The notes under the pieces were generated by a model. The model saw only the letters and a list, made by a program, of their open reading frames with translations, did no database searches and was not told the DNA's origin. This document shows positions 61,975 to 64,000 of a stretch of DNA of 64,000 bases, one piece after another. Position 1 is the stretch's first letter. Every line of letters starts with the position of its first letter. Position numbers and translations under genes: made by a program. The DNA is taken from positions 1 through 64,000 of the IMG/VR virus record IMGVR_UViG_3300037440_000313. One strand, given 5' to 3'. Source of the DNA: a virus.

Positions 61975-62025
61975 GGATCTGTGATGATTTCTATTCGACA
62001 AATGGGATCAGGCCGCCACAGATCC
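61975..62025. other. 9-bp perfect inverted repeat
   Basis: GGATCTGTG (61975-61983) pairs with CACAGATCC (62017-62025), with a 33-nt spacer. Confidence 0.5.
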
Positions 62026-62130
62026 ACTTTGATACACCCAAGAGGTTAGGCCCCTCCTTACATCATAGGGGTAGTCCGGGTGTTGAGGTTGGGCTTTACT
62101 ACCCATGGTAAAATTGCCTCAAATCGTTAA

Positions 62131-62445
62131 GGATAAGGCTTATTGATTCGACCTTCCATGGAAGCATGATCCTCCATCCTGGTTAACTGTTTGATTCCAA
62201 ACACTATTTTGATCTCTCGAGTTGAATAGTTGGATAAAATCTTAAGATCTGACAAAAGGCAGGGAAGGAGGGAAACGTACCAGGATGAAGTGAATTCTTT
62301 TTATGCCCAATGTTCCCTCAGTGATTTGTCATATATTTGATTCCAGCTATCCAACTCGACATCTGAAATAGATCAATGATTCCAATAGGTTAACCTGGAT
62401 GTCGGATCATATTTCCCAGGGGGATCGAATAAACCTGCTGGATTT
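62131..62445. repeat. ~315-bp imperfect palindrome with inverted iteron pairs (candidate replication origin)
   Basis: The arms (about 62131-62245 and 62330-62445) are roughly 70% complementary by eye, e.g. CATGATCCTCCATCCTGGTTAAC vs GTTAACCTGGATGTCGGATCATA. Iterons: GTTGAATA-GTTGGATA (62221-62236) face TATCCAAC (62348-62355). GATTCCA occurs three times. Confidence 0.5.
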
Positions 62446-62639
62446 TCTTTTTGTTATGCGAACATCCCATGGATCATTCAGCCTACTTTTGCACCATATG
62501 GTGCACCTAATGGTTCACCTGTTGGATTGATGCGGATGAAACCTTCCTTCCTTCCATGAATCATTCCGATTTTGGAATTCGGTTTGGTTTTCGGATTGGG
62601 AATGCGGTCCTGAATTGGAAAAGGGAAATGGTGCTATGA

Positions 62640-62924
62640 TCACCCACCTCCGAAGATGGCTGCGTTCAGAAGTAATAGCCCGATGAAGATGAATATTACC
62701 AAGCTGACACCAGGTATCGTCGGTATGCTCTTCTGCTTCTGTGTGAGAGGGGGCAGGTGAATGGGCTGGCCATGATATTTGTCAACAGCACGACCACCAC
62801 GGACCACCTCAGGCACCCTCTCGCCACGCTCATTATCTTGAGCCCTACCGGTGCGTGCGCATCCATCCATTTTTGGTTTGTCCTTTTTCTGTACCATGCT
62901 AAATCCAATCCTGCCTCTTCTCAT
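62640..62924 (-). CDS. possible small tail-anchored membrane protein
   Basis: 94-aa track ORF with a C-terminal TM segment (VSLVIFIFIGLLLLNAAIF). The promoter at 62933-62962 would make it nearly leaderless. ATG 62897 is an alternative start. Confidence 0.4.
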   Translation of the reverse strand: MRRGRIGFSMVQKKDKPKMDGCARTGRAQDNERGERVPEVVRGGRAVDKYHGQPIHLPPLTQKQKSIPTIPGVSLVIFIFIGLLLLNAAIFGGG

Positions 62925-62932
62925 TATACCTA

Positions 62933-62962
62933 ATTATATTCTAAAAGTCTAGTAGGTTTCAA
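62933..62962 (-). promoter_or_regulatory. sigma70-like promoter (TTGAAACC-N4-AGACTT subfamily, copy E)
   Basis: On the - strand: CACTCATTTT-AGCAC-TTGAAA (62962-62957), 18-nt spacer, TATAAT (62938-62933). Confidence 0.55.
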
Positions 62963-63016
62963 GTGCTAAAATGAGTGTAACGCAGGCGATCGTGCAGATG
63001 TTCTTTTCACCAGGAC

Positions 63017-63079
63017 ACGGGTGCAGGTGAAACGCAGGGCCCGTCAGCCACATCGTCAATGTTTCTCCCCATAAGTGGC
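63017..63079 (+). repeat. R element copy R4 (orphan, + strand inside the - strand arm)
   Basis: ACGGGTGCAGGTGAAACGCAGGGCCCGT (shares GTGCAGGnnAAACGCAGG with R1), then the core GCCACATCGTCAATGTTTCTCCCCATAAGTGGC (63047-63079). No credible + strand gene lies downstream. Confidence 0.65.
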
Positions 63080-63159
63080 GAGTAGTCGCCGTAGCGTTTG
63101 GTCGAACCAGCGCATGTCCGCTTGCTGGGCTGACCAACCTGATCGTGCCGAGGGCAATG

Positions 63160-63222
63160 GACCTGGTCCTCAAGCTCAGGCCCTCACGGTGCGGTCCTAC
63201 CCAGTTGACCGACCTGGTCCTC
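63160..63222. repeat. 12-nt direct repeat GACCTGGTCCTC x2
   Basis: Copies at 63160-63171 and 63211-63222, in a gene-free stretch that looks G+C-rich by eye. CTGGTCC-like words also occur at ~176 and ~228. Confidence 0.5.
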
Positions 63223-63226
63223 GTGA

Positions 63227-63256
63227 CCGAAAAGAAATGGGCAGGGCTATTGCCCC
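63227..63256 (-). terminator. weak intrinsic terminator after ORF 63270-63710
   Basis: On the - strand: GGGCA-atagccc-TGCCC followed by ATTTCTTTTC. The stem is only 5 bp. Confidence 0.35.
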
Positions 63257-63269
63257 ACCCTCTCGAACT

Positions 63270-63710
63270 TCATGCTCGCCTGACTGCCTCCTGAATTGCC
63301 CACCAGATCTTATTGATGATCGGTTTCAGTTCTGTACAGTCTTGCCAGAGAACAGATGCATCCTCTCGGTATGCTGGAGGTAATGCTGAAGCACCTATCT
63401 TCCCAATGCGCATTGCATTGTTCATTACACGCTCAACTGCATTGTCAAGCAAGTACTTCCGCTCTGCTTTGTCGAGGGCGAGCTCGGCAGAGACAGTAGC
63501 CTTCGGTCGATATGTACCATCCCGAGGACCATCATGTCTACTTACGCAATGGGTGTATGCCCCGATTACAGCAATGATGTAACCTGGATCAGCTACGAAC
63601 TGGTCGGATACCCATTCCTCCAAGAACTTGTGCAGGGGAAACGGTTCTGAACTGATGAACAGTTCATAAGCCTTATCTCCTGACAAGGGTAGTTTTCCGT
63701 CTGTAGTCAT
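63270..63710 (-). CDS. hypothetical protein
   Basis: 146-aa track ORF with a GGAGGT RBS. Confidence 0.6.
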   Translation of the reverse strand: MTTDGKLPLSGDKAYELFISSEPFPLHKFLEEWVSDQFVADPGYIIAVIGAYTHCVSRHDGPRDGTYRPKATVSAELALDKAERKYLLDNAVERVMNNAMRIGKIGASALPPAYREDASVLWQDCTELKPIINKIWWAIQEAVRRA

Positions 63711-63784
63711 AGTCTTACCTCCGTTTCGGGGTCTCAGTGCCCGTCATGACAGTTGATCAACCGCCCTAAGAGACACTGAAAAGT

Positions 63785-63807
63785 GGTAGGGAACTAGGTT
63801 CCCTACC
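63785..63807 (-). terminator. 10-bp perfect hairpin after the partial ORF at the window end
   Basis: GGTAGGGAAC-tag-GTTCCCTACC. On the - strand it is followed by ACTTTTC. Confidence 0.5.
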
Positions 63808-63845
63808 GAGTTTGGATCTTGGATCTAAGATAGACTGGTAGTGAT

Positions 63846-64000
63846 TTAGTCTTTCTTAGCCCGCGCATCTTCTACCAGTACGTTACGGACGTGCTGATAC
63901 CGCTTGTTGAGCAGATCTGCAATCTGGCCACGAGTGAACCCGATCGCAGCGAAGAACCTGATCGCTTCAGAGACCACACCACGTTTGTCCCTACCACCGA
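63846..64000 (-). CDS. partial small DNA-binding protein (5' end outside the window), paralogue of 56310-56651
   Basis: Translated by hand: ..SEAIRFFAAIGFTRGQIADLLNKRYQHVRNVLVEDARAKKD*. It shares G(F/W)TRxQI and RYQxV with ORF 56310-56651. Confidence 0.55.
   Translation of the reverse strand, partial: GGRDKRGVVSEAIRFFAAIGFTRGQIADLLNKRYQHVRNVLVEDARAKKD

Noticed and set aside
62221-62236. DnaA-box reading of GTTGGATAA/CTATCCAAC in the palindrome arms.
   Set aside because: The best matches to TTATCCACA are only 6-7 of 9. They are reported as phage iterons and not as DnaA boxes.
63075-63383. 102-aa + strand ORF (and the 74-aa - strand ORF 62949-63173) in the gene-poor hub.
   Set aside because: There is no RBS. 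The sequence is Pro/Gly/Arg-rich and derives from the G+C-rich repeat spacer. The + ORF also runs antisense through the 3' end of the well-formed ORF 63270-63710.

Overview
The window holds most of the genome of a tailed dsDNA bacteriophage. It is a long non-contractile-tail type with a lambda-like M-L-K-I/J tail tip. The host is probably Gram-negative, because the phage encodes a Sec-signal outer-membrane protein and an Rz/Rz1-type spanin pair.

Two convergent transcription arms meet near 25.45 kb.
- The + strand late arm (285-25425) carries packaging, head, an outer-membrane-protein moron, a tail module with a G/GT -1 frameshift, and lysis genes.
- The - strand early/middle arm (25491-64000) carries ThyX, a class II RNR and a UDG-fused family A DNA polymerase. 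It also carries a 7-deazaguanine DNA-modification set (dpdA-folE-queE-queC, with queD 12 kb away) and MazG. Its replication and recombination genes are a Sak4-like ATPase, a Cas4-like nuclease, an SNF2 helicase, an ATP ligase, a Toprim primase-helicase, a RuvC-like resolvase and an HNH endonuclease. About 45 small ORFs and several regulators complete the arm.

I recognised no rRNA, tRNA, CRISPR array, transposase or integrase.

Five kinds of non-coding structure are not explained by the genes:
1. A five-copy intergenic element ('R') that always points the same way as the gene downstream of it.
2. A family of sigma70-like early promoters that share an upstream CRCMTMATTTT block.
3. A ~320-nt highly structured gene-free segment ending in an intrinsic terminator (53.55-53.87 kb).
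4. A 1.4-kb gene-poor hub (61.9-63.3 kb) with a ~315-bp imperfect palindrome carrying inverted GTTGRATA iterons.
5. A set of 9-14-bp perfect hairpins between - strand genes.

All function calls rest on motifs read by eye and on gene order; no database search was possible. Hand-mapped coordinates of small features may be off by 1-2 nt.
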